Shown here one piece after another: positions 1 through 7,948 of a stretch of 51,518 bases of DNA. Within the stretch, counting starts at the first letter, position 1. Every line of letters starts with the position of its first letter. Made by a program: the position numbers and the translations under genes. The notes beneath the pieces were generated by a model. The model made no database searches. It worked only from the letters and a program-made list of their open reading frames with translations, and was not told the DNA's origin. This DNA is from a virus (lineage: Duplodnaviria; Caudoviricetes), in the IMG/VR virus record IMGVR_UViG_3300017960_000020, positions 1 to 51,518 of that record; one strand, given 5' to 3'.

Positions 1-109
1 CGCGTTGGCATTCCGAGGGCTCGCGCGGCGACTCGCGCCGCGCGTCATTCCAGATATGGGAGGCCACGATGCTTTCTGAGCTCGACCGACTGGACTGCGG
101 GGTGCCGGT

Positions 110-145
110 ATGACCCTCCCCCGCCGTCGCCCCCTGGCCCGCGGC
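110..145 (+). repeat. 36-bp direct repeat, copy 1
   Basis: ATGACCCTCCCCCGCCGTCGCCCCCTGGCCCGCGGC matches 1714-1749 at 34/36 positions. Confidence 0.9.
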
Positions 146-1591
146 TCCTTCGCCGTCCATGTCGGCCGCGTCGAAGACGTCGCCCGGACTCTCAAGGGCC
201 CGTTAGACGCGGTTCTGTGCGATCCCCCCTATGGCCTGAGCTTCATGGGCAAGGCGTGGGATCGCGGCGTACCGGGCGAAGCGATCTGGCGGGACGTTTC
301 GGCCCTGCTGCGCCCCGGCGCTTTCGTCGCGGCGTTTGGGGGCACGCGGACTTTCCACCGGCTCGCGTGCGCGATCGAGGACGCGGGCTTCGAGATCCGC
401 GACTGCCTAAGTTGGCTCTACGGCTCGGGGTTCCCGAAGTCGCTCAACGTGGCCCTCGCGGTCGATCGACTTGCCGAGCCCAGCCCGGAGCCGACCAACC
501 TCGAGCGCCGCTTCTGCCGCTGGGTCGTCGAGGAGTCGGGGCTCACGCCGGGCGACTTCGGCACCGACCGATTCCACGAGTGCCGCGTCGAGGTGGTGAA
601 CACGGCCACGGCCGACGCGCCGCGGTGGGGCCGCCGGTCGCTGGTGCCTACGCACGGCGCCTGGCTCAAGGTGCGCGAGCGCGTCCAGGGCCCTGTGCCC
701 GCGTGGGTCGAGGAGTGCGTGAAGCCCGAGCCGCGACAGGAGCTCGAGGGCCCGTTGCAGTTCAGGCGCTCGGCCGACATCCGAGTACTCGACCCCGGCC
801 CCTGGTCGGGCTACGGCACGGGGCTCAAGCCGGCCTGGGAGCCGTGCGTGCTGGCGATGAAGCCGCTGGACGGGACGTTCGCGGCGAACGCCGTCGAGCA
901 TGGCGTCGCGGGGCTGAACGTGGACGGGGGGCGCCTCGACACTGGATCGACCGTCACCCGGCATACGCGCTGCGAAGGCGCCGGCGGCACCTGGGAGGGC
1001 AACCGGAGCACGGGCGAACAATCGGTCAACGCCGGCCGCTGGCCCGCGAACGTCGCGCTGGACGAGGACGCGGCGGCGATGCTGGACGAGCAGAGCGGGG
1101 TAACGAAAAGCCCAGCGGGCGAAATCACCCAAGGCGGCGACCACTTCTCGATTCAAAGCTCGGAACGCTCCAGGGGCACGAAGTTTCAGGGGCACGGCGA
1201 CTCCGGCGGCGCCTCGCGCTTTTTCTACGTCGCCAAGGTCGCCACCGCCGAGCGGAACGCAGGGATGGCGCCGGGGGACCCGTGCCGCCACCCGACGCTC
1301 AAGCCCGTGAAGCTGGCCGAGTGGATCGCGAAGCTGCTCCTGCCCCCGCCGCGGGAGGACGGCGCGCCCCGCCGCCTGCTCGTCCCCTTCTCGGGGGCGG
1401 GCTCCGAGGTCGCCGGCGCCCTGCGCGCGGGCTGGGACGAGGTCGTGGGGATCGAGCAAAGCGCCGAGTACGCAGCCTGGGCCGAGCGGCGCGTGCCGGC
1501 GCTGGTGTCGATGGACTTCGACGCACCGCGGCCGAGCGCGCAAGCCGACCAGCCCGGCCAGGCTGGTCTATTCGATGACGTTGAGCGATGA
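110..1591 (+). CDS. DNA N6-adenine/N4-cytosine methyltransferase (beta-class order), phage type
   Basis: Catalytic DPPY near the N-terminus (LCDPPYGLSFMGKAWD), W.YGSGFPKS, LKPAWEP, GRWPANV, HPTLKP, and a C-terminal SAM-binding motif LVPFSGAGS. Confidence 0.92.
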   Translation: MTLPRRRPLARGSFAVHVGRVEDVARTLKGPLDAVLCDPPYGLSFMGKAWDRGVPGEAIWRDVSALLRPGAFVAAFGGTRTFHRLACAIEDAGFEIRDCLSWLYGSGFPKSLNVALAVDRLAEPSPEPTNLERRFCRWVVEESGLTPGDFGTDRFHECRVEVVNTATADAPRWGRRSLVPTHGAWLKVRERVQGPVPAWVEECVKPEPRQELEGPLQFRRSADIRVLDPGPWSGYGTGLKPAWEPCVLAMKPLDGTFAANAVEHGVAGLNVDGGRLDTGSTVTRHTRCEGAGGTWEGNRSTGEQSVNAGRWPANVALDEDAAAMLDEQSGVTKSPAGEITQGGDHFSIQSSERSRGTKFQGHGDSGGASRFFYVAKVATAERNAGMAPGDPCRHPTLKPVKLAEWIAKLLLPPPREDGAPRRLLVPFSGAGSEVAGALRAGWDEVVGIEQSAEYAAWAERRVPALVSMDFDAPRPSAQADQPGQAGLFDDVER

Positions 1592-1716
1592 GCCCTATTC
1601 GAGCCGAGGAGCGCGACCGCTACCCCATGAATTGGCCCGCGATCAGTGTGCCAGCAGTGCCACCTCGCGTACGACCGCGAGCATCACAAGGCCACGCGAG
1701 CCCGGAGGAAGGCATG
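1588..1716 (+). pseudogene. Internally deleted remnant of a phage HNH-like protein
   Basis: N-terminus MSPIRAEERDRYPMNWPAIS joins, in a different frame near 1646, CQQCHLAYDREHHKATRARRK. These resemble the two ends of a common phage HNH family with the middle missing (family recall). Confidence 0.6.
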
Positions 1717-1749
1717 GCCCTCCCCCGCAGTCGCCCCCTGGCCCGCGGC
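1714..1749 (+). repeat. 36-bp direct repeat, copy 2
   Basis: ATGGCCCTCCCCCGCAGTCGCCCCCTGGCCCGCGGC matches 110-145 at 34/36 positions. Confidence 0.9.
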
Positions 1750-2067
1750 AAGGGGCTGGAGAGGACGGGGAAGCTCAAGCGGCGGCGCAGGCTGGCTCGG
1801 ATCGGTCGGCGTCGACGCTCGGACTTCTCTGAGATCCAAGCCTTCCGCATGGGCGTCCTCGACCGCGCCAACGGCCGCTGCGAGCGCTGTGGTCAGCCGT
1901 GCGCTCCGAGGGATCTGGAAGCGCACCACCTGCTCCCCCGGGCCCGTGGCGGATCCCACGATCCGCAGACCAACGGCGCGGCGCTCTGCCGGCCGTGTCA
2001 CCGATCCGTCCATGACCATTCCGCTCCGGACTGGAGCCGGTGGCTGAGGAGCCGAAAAGCAGCATGA
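1714..2067 (+). CDS. HNH endonuclease
   Basis: ATG 1714 preceded by GGAGG. Motif RCERCG...LEAHHLLPRARGGSHDPQTNGAALCRPCHRSVH. Confidence 0.88.
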   Translation: MALPRSRPLARGKGLERTGKLKRRRRLARIGRRRRSDFSEIQAFRMGVLDRANGRCERCGQPCAPRDLEAHHLLPRARGGSHDPQTNGAALCRPCHRSVHDHSAPDWSRWLRSRKAA

Positions 2068-2591
2068 CCCAACGAGTCCTCATCGTAGGCATCGACCCCG
2101 GCCGCAAGGGTGGCGTGGTCGCCATCAACGAGCGGTCCGAGCTGGTGTTCGCCGAGCGGATGCCCTGGCTCAACTCCAGACCCCCCAAGCTGGACCTCGA
2201 GGAGTTAGACTCCTGGATCGTCCTCCGCGCCGAAGGTCGCCACATCCACCTGGCGCTTGAGCGGACTGCCCCGGTCTCCAAGGGCGCGAACGCGACCCGA
2301 TCCCTGGCGGAACAGCGGGGCGCTCTGCTGGCCTGGGCGGAGCGCGAACGCTACGCGGTCGAGCTGATCGGACCCCAGGCCTGGTCCAAGGAGATGCTCG
2401 AAGGGCTCGGCTACAAGGGCCACGAGCAGAAGAAGCGCGCGGCGATCGGGAGGGTCCGGGAGCTGTGGCCGGATCTGCGGATGCCGACCAAGGCGGACCA
2501 GGAGGCGTTCTCGGACGCCGCGCTCATCGCGGAGTACGGGCGGCGCCGATGGATGGGTCGGACGCTGGTGGCTCGGGAGGGCGCGGCGTGA
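2064..2591 (+). CDS. RuvC-like Holliday junction resolvase
   Basis: IVGIDPGRKGG, LALE, PQAWSK, and DAALIA motifs. ATGA overlap with the upstream stop. Confidence 0.85.
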   Translation: MTQRVLIVGIDPGRKGGVVAINERSELVFAERMPWLNSRPPKLDLEELDSWIVLRAEGRHIHLALERTAPVSKGANATRSLAEQRGALLAWAERERYAVELIGPQAWSKEMLEGLGYKGHEQKKRAAIGRVRELWPDLRMPTKADQEAFSDAALIAEYGRRRWMGRTLVAREGAA

Positions 2592-2920
2592 AGCGCCTGG
2601 AGCCGTCCCCTGCGCGTCGCCGGCAGCTCTGGCGAGACGCGCTCGAGGAGCTGCGAACCGAGTGGCCAGCCCCCTACCCGGTCCGGGTCCAGCGTCGGCA
2701 GCTCAGGGACTCCTGGGGGACCTGTCAGCTGCTGGAGAAGCCCAAGCGCTTCGTCATCACCATCGACCCGCGCGCGCAGTTCAGCTTCCAGCTGATGATC
2801 CTGGCCCACGAGTGGGCGCACGCGCTGGACTGGGAGAGCACCCAGGAGCACGGGACGGACCACGGGGACACCTGGGGGCTGTGGCAGGCGCGGGCGTACA
2901 GGGCGATCTCGAGCGACTGA
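2588..2920 (+). CDS. SprT-like zinc metallopeptidase domain protein
   Basis: WGTC, ILAHEWAHA (HExxH) and a downstream HGDTW. GTGA overlap. Confidence 0.7.
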   Translation: MKRLEPSPARRRQLWRDALEELRTEWPAPYPVRVQRRQLRDSWGTCQLLEKPKRFVITIDPRAQFSFQLMILAHEWAHALDWESTQEHGTDHGDTWGLWQARAYRAISSD

Positions 2921-2923
2921 GGC

Positions 2924-3289
2924 CTACTCCATCGGCCTTGAGGTCCCCTCCTCCACCCCCGCCAGAACCTCCCAGCACGCCCGCTGGAAGGCTTCGACGT
3001 TCTCCAGTCCCACGGAGCCCGCCAGATCGTCGAGCGCCCTGGAGGCCTGCCGCATCGCGCGCACGCGCCGCATGGCGTCGATGGCCCCGAACAAAGCCTC
3101 CAGCAGCACGTTCGCGTCCGCCTGGCTGACCGCGTGCCCCTTGCCCATCAGGTGGCTGACCATGGCGGCCTTGCCGCGGCCGGCGCCGATGGTGTCGCCG
3201 CAGATCGGGCACCGGATCGTGGCCTGGCGGTGGATCAGGCGGCCGAGGGTGTCTTTCGCGTCGGATCGGGGAGCGTCGGAAGGTGCCAT
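2924..3289 (-). CDS. Hypothetical protein with a C2H2-like zinc finger
   Basis: CPICG-x-SHLMGKGH. Fills the gap between + strand genes; ATG at 3289. Confidence 0.6.
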   Translation of the reverse strand: MAPSDAPRSDAKDTLGRLIHRQATIRCPICGDTIGAGRGKAAMVSHLMGKGHAVSQADANVLLEALFGAIDAMRRVRAMRQASRALDDLAGSVGLENVEAFQRACWEVLAGVEEGTSRPME

Positions 3290-3440
3290 GGGGGGCGAAG
3301 TTACGGCCGACAGTCCGCCGAGGGCCCCAGCCTCCCCAGGTTTCTCGGAGTTTGGCTGCACATTCCGGCGGAGTATCTCCGTAAAGTCCGATACGGAAGT
3401 GGGGCAGAAAGCCCCGCTAGGCCCCTTCCAGGACCAAGCC

Positions 3441-4112
3441 ATGCAAACCACCGAACGGACTGTCACCCACTCGGGCGGGCTCGCGAGCCTCGCCGACCGG
3501 CTCTCCAAGCCGGGATCCCTGCTGACCCCTGTGCGGGTCCAGCGCTTCACCCCGGGCGTCCCGCGCTCCGGGATGTCGGCCGCAGCCCCGGTCGATCTGC
3601 CGATCGGGACGACCCGCGAGGAGGCCGAGGAGCTCGGCGTCCCGATGGAGCGGCCCTCGGACGACCTGCACCCGGGCAACTGGGTCTGGGACGCCTGGGG
3701 GCGCGCGGCGGAGGCGTTCGAGGACTCGGAGTTCATGCGCCCGCTGGTCGTGGCGCACCTGCGGGCCGCGGCTGAGTTCGGTCCCGCCGACGCCCGCCTG
3801 GTCCAGCTCTACTGGATGAGCAGCCGGTGGGCGGACCTGTGTGAGGCGACCGACTGCGAGAGCCTCGTGGCGCTGGCGCGCGAGGCGATGGGGTTCTGGT
3901 CGGACGACGACCTGGCTTACGCGGTGGACCAGCAGTTCCAGGCCCACCGCCTCCGCACCCCGGGCCGCCCGCTCGAAGCTGTGCGCGCCGCTGACGTGTT
4001 TCCGGCGGACGAGATCATGCGCGCCGCGGCGATCCCGGCTGCCGGCGCTGCCGCTCTGGACTCCGCGCGGGTGTTCCTGCAGGGGCGGAACCGGATGGGG
4101 GTGGTCGCTTGA
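3441..4112 (+). CDS. Hypothetical protein
   Basis: ATG 3441 after AGGA; GC3-rich codon usage; stop overlaps the next start. Confidence 0.7.
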   Translation: MQTTERTVTHSGGLASLADRLSKPGSLLTPVRVQRFTPGVPRSGMSAAAPVDLPIGTTREEAEELGVPMERPSDDLHPGNWVWDAWGRAAEAFEDSEFMRPLVVAHLRAAAEFGPADARLVQLYWMSSRWADLCEATDCESLVALAREAMGFWSDDDLAYAVDQQFQAHRLRTPGRPLEAVRAADVFPADEIMRAAAIPAAGAAALDSARVFLQGRNRMGVVA

Positions 4113-4234
4113 AGATCCGATGCAAGCAATGCGGCTGGATCGGCTCGATCGGCCACACCGCCGAGTGCCAGGGGTGCGGCAGCCGCTACATCACGCCGCT
4201 GTTCCGTCGACTGCTGCGGAGGGTGATCCGATGA
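4109..4234 (+). CDS. Small zinc-ribbon protein (41 aa; not in the ORF track)
   Basis: TTG overlaps the upstream TGA. MKIRCKQCGWIGSIGHTAECQGCGSRYITPLFRRLLRRVIR has two CxxC motifs. Its stop overlaps ATG 4231. Confidence 0.6.
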   Translation: MKIRCKQCGWIGSIGHTAECQGCGSRYITPLFRRLLRRVIR

Positions 4235-4497
4235 GCGCCCTCGGTTCGATCATCGCCACGCGCGGGACCGTCCGCCTGTGGTGCTCCTCCCCCACCTGCC
4301 GCCACGAGTGGGAGGCTGAGACCGTCTCCCAGTACGGTGAGAGCTTCTTGGCTGACGCTGGCGGCGAGTGCACGCGATGCGGCTCGATTGGTACGGCTGA
4401 GGAGCCGGACTTCTACTGCAAGGAGTGCGATCGGGACACGGCGAAGTGCGAGCACGTTCACGGCTCCTGCTGGGTCTGTGGGGAGGCCATCCAATGA
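4231..4497 (+). CDS. Cys-rich zinc-finger protein
   Basis: CSSPTC, CTRC, CKEC and CWVC motifs; overlapping start and stop. Confidence 0.65.
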   Translation: MSALGSIIATRGTVRLWCSSPTCRHEWEAETVSQYGESFLADAGGECTRCGSIGTAEEPDFYCKECDRDTAKCEHVHGSCWVCGEAIQ

Positions 4498-5411
4498 CCC
4501 GCCCCACCCCCCACGTCTGCACCACCGAAGCGGAGTGGCACGCCGCCCGCTGGGAAGGGATCGGAGCCTCCGAGGCCGCCGACCTGATCGAGAAGCCCTA
4601 CAGCCTGTGGGCCGAGAAGGTCGGTCTGGTCGAGCGCAAGCAGCCTAACAACGTCGACCGGCTCGAGGAGGGCCACCTGGCGGAGCCCATGATCGCCGAG
4701 CTGGTCAAGCGCCGGTGCGGCGTGAAGCGGATCCGCCGGTCCTGGGAAGTTCTGGGCCTCGACTCCGAGCCGCATGACGTCGTGTTCTCGGACGCCGAGC
4801 ACGACTGGCTGCGCGCCACGCCGGACTACTTCATTCAGGCCGAAGATGGCTCTAGCGCCGTCTGCGAGATGAAGTTCTGGGATGCCTTCTCCCGCGAGCT
4901 CTGGGTCAACGGCCCCCCGCTCGGGGTGTTCCTCCAGGTGCAGCAGCAGATGGAAGTGCTCCAGGTGCCGCGCGCGCTGATCGCCCCCTACTTCGGCGTC
5001 GGACGGTTCGAGCCGATCTGGGTGGACCGTGAACCGAAGTGGACAGCGCTCCTGCGCCAGCGAGGCTCGGACCTGTGGGCCCGCGTGGCCGCCGGCCGCC
5101 GTGCGCTCGAGGCTGGCGAGGACCCCCATCAGTTCGCACCCGAGGCGGTCTCCAGGCTCGACCTGGACGCTCTCAAGCGCTTCAAGCCGCGCGAAGACAC
5201 GGAGGTCGAGATCCCCCAGGAGCTTGCCGAGCGCTTCGCTGCCGCGCACCGAGCAAGGAAGGAGGCGGACGACGCCTACAGCGACGTTCAGGCCGAGCTT
5301 CGCAAGCGGATGGTCGAGGCCAGCGCAACAGTCGCCACGCACTCGGACGAGAAGCTGGCGACGCTCAAAACGAACGCTCGCGGGACGGTCACGTTCCGGC
5401 CCGCGATCTAA
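4494..5411 (+). CDS. YqaJ/lambda-exonuclease family viral recombinase nuclease
   Basis: EWHAARWEGIGASEAA, GHLAEP, WLRATPD, CEMK and QVQQQM motifs. Confidence 0.9.
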   Translation: MTRPTPHVCTTEAEWHAARWEGIGASEAADLIEKPYSLWAEKVGLVERKQPNNVDRLEEGHLAEPMIAELVKRRCGVKRIRRSWEVLGLDSEPHDVVFSDAEHDWLRATPDYFIQAEDGSSAVCEMKFWDAFSRELWVNGPPLGVFLQVQQQMEVLQVPRALIAPYFGVGRFEPIWVDREPKWTALLRQRGSDLWARVAAGRRALEAGEDPHQFAPEAVSRLDLDALKRFKPREDTEVEIPQELAERFAAAHRARKEADDAYSDVQAELRKRMVEASATVATHSDEKLATLKTNARGTVTFRPAI

Positions 5412-5422
5412 CTCCAGGACTC

Positions 5423-6169
5423 ATGCAAACCGAAACCATGCAGACCCAAGAAGCCCCGCCCAACGGGGATCCCACCCAGGCGTTGATCGCCAAGTTCGGC
5501 TACTTGATCGGGCTCGACCCAAGCCGCGCCCAAGCCGTGCTGATGTCGACCATCATGCCGAGCGGGACGAGCAAGGCCGATGTGGCCGCGTTCCTCGCGG
5601 TGGTGACCCAGTACAAGCTGAACCCGCTGCGGAAGGAGATCTACGCCTTCCCCTCCAAGGGGGGCGGCGTCCAGCCGATCGTCGGCATCGACGGGTGGCT
5701 GAAGATGGCGAACGACCACCAAGCCTTCGACGGTATGGAGGAGGCCTACGAGCACGACGCCGAGGGCAACGTCCTGGCGATCACGGTCAAGGTTTACCGC
5801 AAGGACCGCAGCCGGCCGATCACCGCTACGGAATGGATGTCCGAGTGCAAGCGGAACACCGACCCTTGGCGCACTTGGCCGAACCGGATGCTCCTGCACA
5901 AGGCGACCATCCAGGCCCTGCGCCGCGCCTTCAACTTCTCGGGGATCATGGACCCCGACGAGGCCGAACGCTTGGAGGAGACCCAAGCGCGGACCGTGGA
6001 CGCGAAGGCCACGGCGAAGGCCCCCGCGGAGCACGCGGCCGAGCAGCTCGGGTTGGGCGACGGAGGCGACGACGGCGAGCCGGTCTTCGACGTTGACGGC
6101 GACCGAAGCGCGGCGGACTGGTTCGGGGACGACCCGTTCCAGGGTGGAGACCCGGAGGCGGCGCAATGA
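5423..6169 (+). CDS. bet: Bet/RecT single-strand annealing protein
   Basis: YKLNPLRKEIYAFPSKGGGVQPIVGIDGWLKMANDH, EWMSECKR, PWRTWPNRMLLHKATIQALRRAF. Confidence 0.93.
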   Translation: MQTETMQTQEAPPNGDPTQALIAKFGYLIGLDPSRAQAVLMSTIMPSGTSKADVAAFLAVVTQYKLNPLRKEIYAFPSKGGGVQPIVGIDGWLKMANDHQAFDGMEEAYEHDAEGNVLAITVKVYRKDRSRPITATEWMSECKRNTDPWRTWPNRMLLHKATIQALRRAFNFSGIMDPDEAERLEETQARTVDAKATAKAPAEHAAEQLGLGDGGDDGEPVFDVDGDRSAADWFGDDPFQGGDPEAAQ

Positions 6170-7482
6170 GTGGCACGATCGAACTGGAGGGCATCGGCGC
6201 CGTGGACCACCTGGCTATTCCGATTCCCGAGCGGGGCGGCGTCGTCGTTCTCAAGGGCGGCAACGGCTCGGGTAAGTCCACCGCGCTGCGCGCGACCGAA
6301 CGGATGCTGACCGGCAAGGGGGGACTCGAACCGGCGGACGGCCGGAAGAAGGGCACCGCGACAGGCTTGGGCGTCCAGCTCACGGTCGGGCGCTCGGTCC
6401 GCTCTAAGGGCGAGCTGACAGTACTCGGCGTCTCGGGCACCGACCCGGCGGCGTTCGTGGACCCGGGGATCAAGAGCTCCGAGGCGGCCAACGCGGCGCG
6501 ACTCAAGGCGCTCTGCCGATTGGCTCGCGTGGAAGTCACTCCCGAGACCTTCGGTGCCGCGGCCGAGGCTGCCGGCATCGACCTGGGACGCGAGCTGGAC
6601 GGGGCGGACTTGTCGGACCCTGCGGCCGTCGCCGGACGGCTCCAGCGCGCCGCGTTCGCTCGCGCCCGAGACCTCGAGGGTCGGGCGGCGTCCGAGCACG
6701 CGGAGGCTCAGGGCGCGCTCCAGGCGCTTGAGGGCGCGTCCGTCGCCGAAGATGGTCAGACCGTCGCGGACCTGGCATCGAGCCGGGAGGAGCGAGCGCA
6801 GCGCGTGCAGGAGCTGAAGGCGCAGCGACAAGCCTCGGCTGAGCGCGCCAAGCTCGTGGCCGAGCGCCGGCAGCAGATCGAGCAGCTCGAAGCCCGCCTG
6901 GAAAGGATGAAGGTGTGGCTTCAGAGCGACGAAGCCCAGCCGCTGGAGGCTCCGACCGAGGAACAGATCGAGACCGCGATCGGCGAGGTCGCCAAGGCTG
7001 ACGACGCCCTGGCTCAGGCGGAGCAAGCGATCGCCAACCGGGAGCGCCGAGCGTCTGCGCTCGAGCGGCTGGACAAGGCCAAGGCTATGCAGGCGGAGGC
7101 CGAGCGGCGACGTGAGGCCGCGGGCACGTTCGACGCGGCGCTTATGGACGCCCTCGGGGCGGCCTTGCCGCCGGCGCTGCGGATCGCCGACGGCCAACTC
7201 CAGGCCATCACCGACCGCGGACCGATCGACTTCGAGCAGTTGTCTCAGGGCGAGCGCTGGAGTCTGGCGCTGGGCATCGCCATCGCGGCATCCGGCGGAG
7301 CGACCTTGATGGCGGTTCCGCAGGAAGCCTGGGAAGGGCTCGACCCGGACAACCGGGCGGCGCTGACCAAGGCCGCGCAGGCCAAGGGGGTCGTGATCTT
7401 GACGGCCGAGGCGGACAGCGGGCCGTTGCGGTCTGAGGTCTTTGGGGCATCCGGCTCGTCAGCCACCCAACGGGAGGACTAG
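6166..7482 (+). CDS. SbcC/Rad50-like ABC-type ATPase with coiled coil
   Basis: Walker A GGNGSGKS, long central coiled coil, signature LSQGE, atypical Walker B region VPQEAWEGLD. Confidence 0.8.
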   Translation: MSGTIELEGIGAVDHLAIPIPERGGVVVLKGGNGSGKSTALRATERMLTGKGGLEPADGRKKGTATGLGVQLTVGRSVRSKGELTVLGVSGTDPAAFVDPGIKSSEAANAARLKALCRLARVEVTPETFGAAAEAAGIDLGRELDGADLSDPAAVAGRLQRAAFARARDLEGRAASEHAEAQGALQALEGASVAEDGQTVADLASSREERAQRVQELKAQRQASAERAKLVAERRQQIEQLEARLERMKVWLQSDEAQPLEAPTEEQIETAIGEVAKADDALAQAEQAIANRERRASALERLDKAKAMQAEAERRREAAGTFDAALMDALGAALPPALRIADGQLQAITDRGPIDFEQLSQGERWSLALGIAIAASGGATLMAVPQEAWEGLDPDNRAALTKAAQAKGVVILTAEADSGPLRSEVFGASGSSATQRED

Positions 7483-7705
7483 ACTCCGTGCGTCTTGCTT
7501 CGGTTTGCAGCCGCCTAGCCGGTCCGAATCAGGTCCTGGAACGGGCGTCGTCGCTAGGGGCGGCGTCCACTCATCGAGCAGGGACCGACGGAAGGATCCG
7601 TTGTCGGTCCGGGGGAAGGACCGCGCCGAGTGGGAGACGCGCGCGGTCGCAAGTTCGCGGCGCGCTGCCCCGTCGTATCGGGTCCGAGGGCAGCACTTCA
7701 AACAG
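7483..7705 (+). ncRNA. Putative structured RNA: four hairpins plus a possible pseudoknot
   Basis: Stems 7510-19/7553-64, GGACCGAC 7582-89/GTCGGTCC 7603-10, GACCGCGC 7619-26/GCGCGGTC 7641-48, GCTGCCC 7664-70/GGGCAGC 7688-94. CCACTC 7567-72 is complementary to loop GAGTGG 7628-33. Confidence 0.5.
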
Positions 7706-7823
7706 TCAGGGAGCCGAGCGTTTGCCGTCGTGCGTGCTCCCCGGCCCCACGTTTCGAGTGCTTGCGTGGGAGTTCTGCTACGCCATCCGCCGGCATGGTG
7801 AATCGACGGCAGCCGGCACATTC
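7706..7823 (+). ncRNA. Tandem structured RNA, unit 1 (three stems, two pseudoknots)
   Basis: P1 GGGAGC/GCTCCC, P2 CCCACG/CGTGGG, P3 CGCCAT/ATGGTG. P1 loop GCCGTCG pairs with CGACGGC 7804-10; P3 loop GCCGGC pairs with GCCGGC 7812-17. Confidence 0.75.
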
Positions 7824-7825
7824 GA

Positions 7826-7943
7826 CCGAGGGGGCGAGCGTGAGCTGTCGTGCGCGCCCTTCGGCTTCCCGCGGGTCGGTTCCTCGTGGGACGTTCCTGA
7901 CGCCGTCCGCCGGCGCGGCGCAACGACAGCAGCCGGCACATCC
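7826..7943 (+). ncRNA. Tandem structured RNA, unit 2 (diverged copy at +120 nt)
   Basis: P1 CCGAGGGGGCG/CGCCCTTCGG, P2 TCCCGCG/CGTGGGA, P3 CGCCGT/GCGGCG. P1 loop GCTGTCG pairs with CGACAGC 7924-30 (compensatory change); P3 loop GCCGGC pairs with 7932-37. Confidence 0.75.
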
Positions 7944-7948
7944 AACCC

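Noticed and set aside
217-1578. 453-aa alternative-frame ORF over the MTase, and similar Arg/Pro-rich overlapping ORFs elsewhere
   Set aside because: Composition is typical of off-frame translation of high-GC DNA.
7526-7615. Resemblance to SRP RNA domain IV (TCAGGTCC..GGAA) or SAM-I/cobalamin riboswitch fragments
   Set aside because: Only short words match; the required conserved cores and spacing are absent. An Rfam scan is still advisable.
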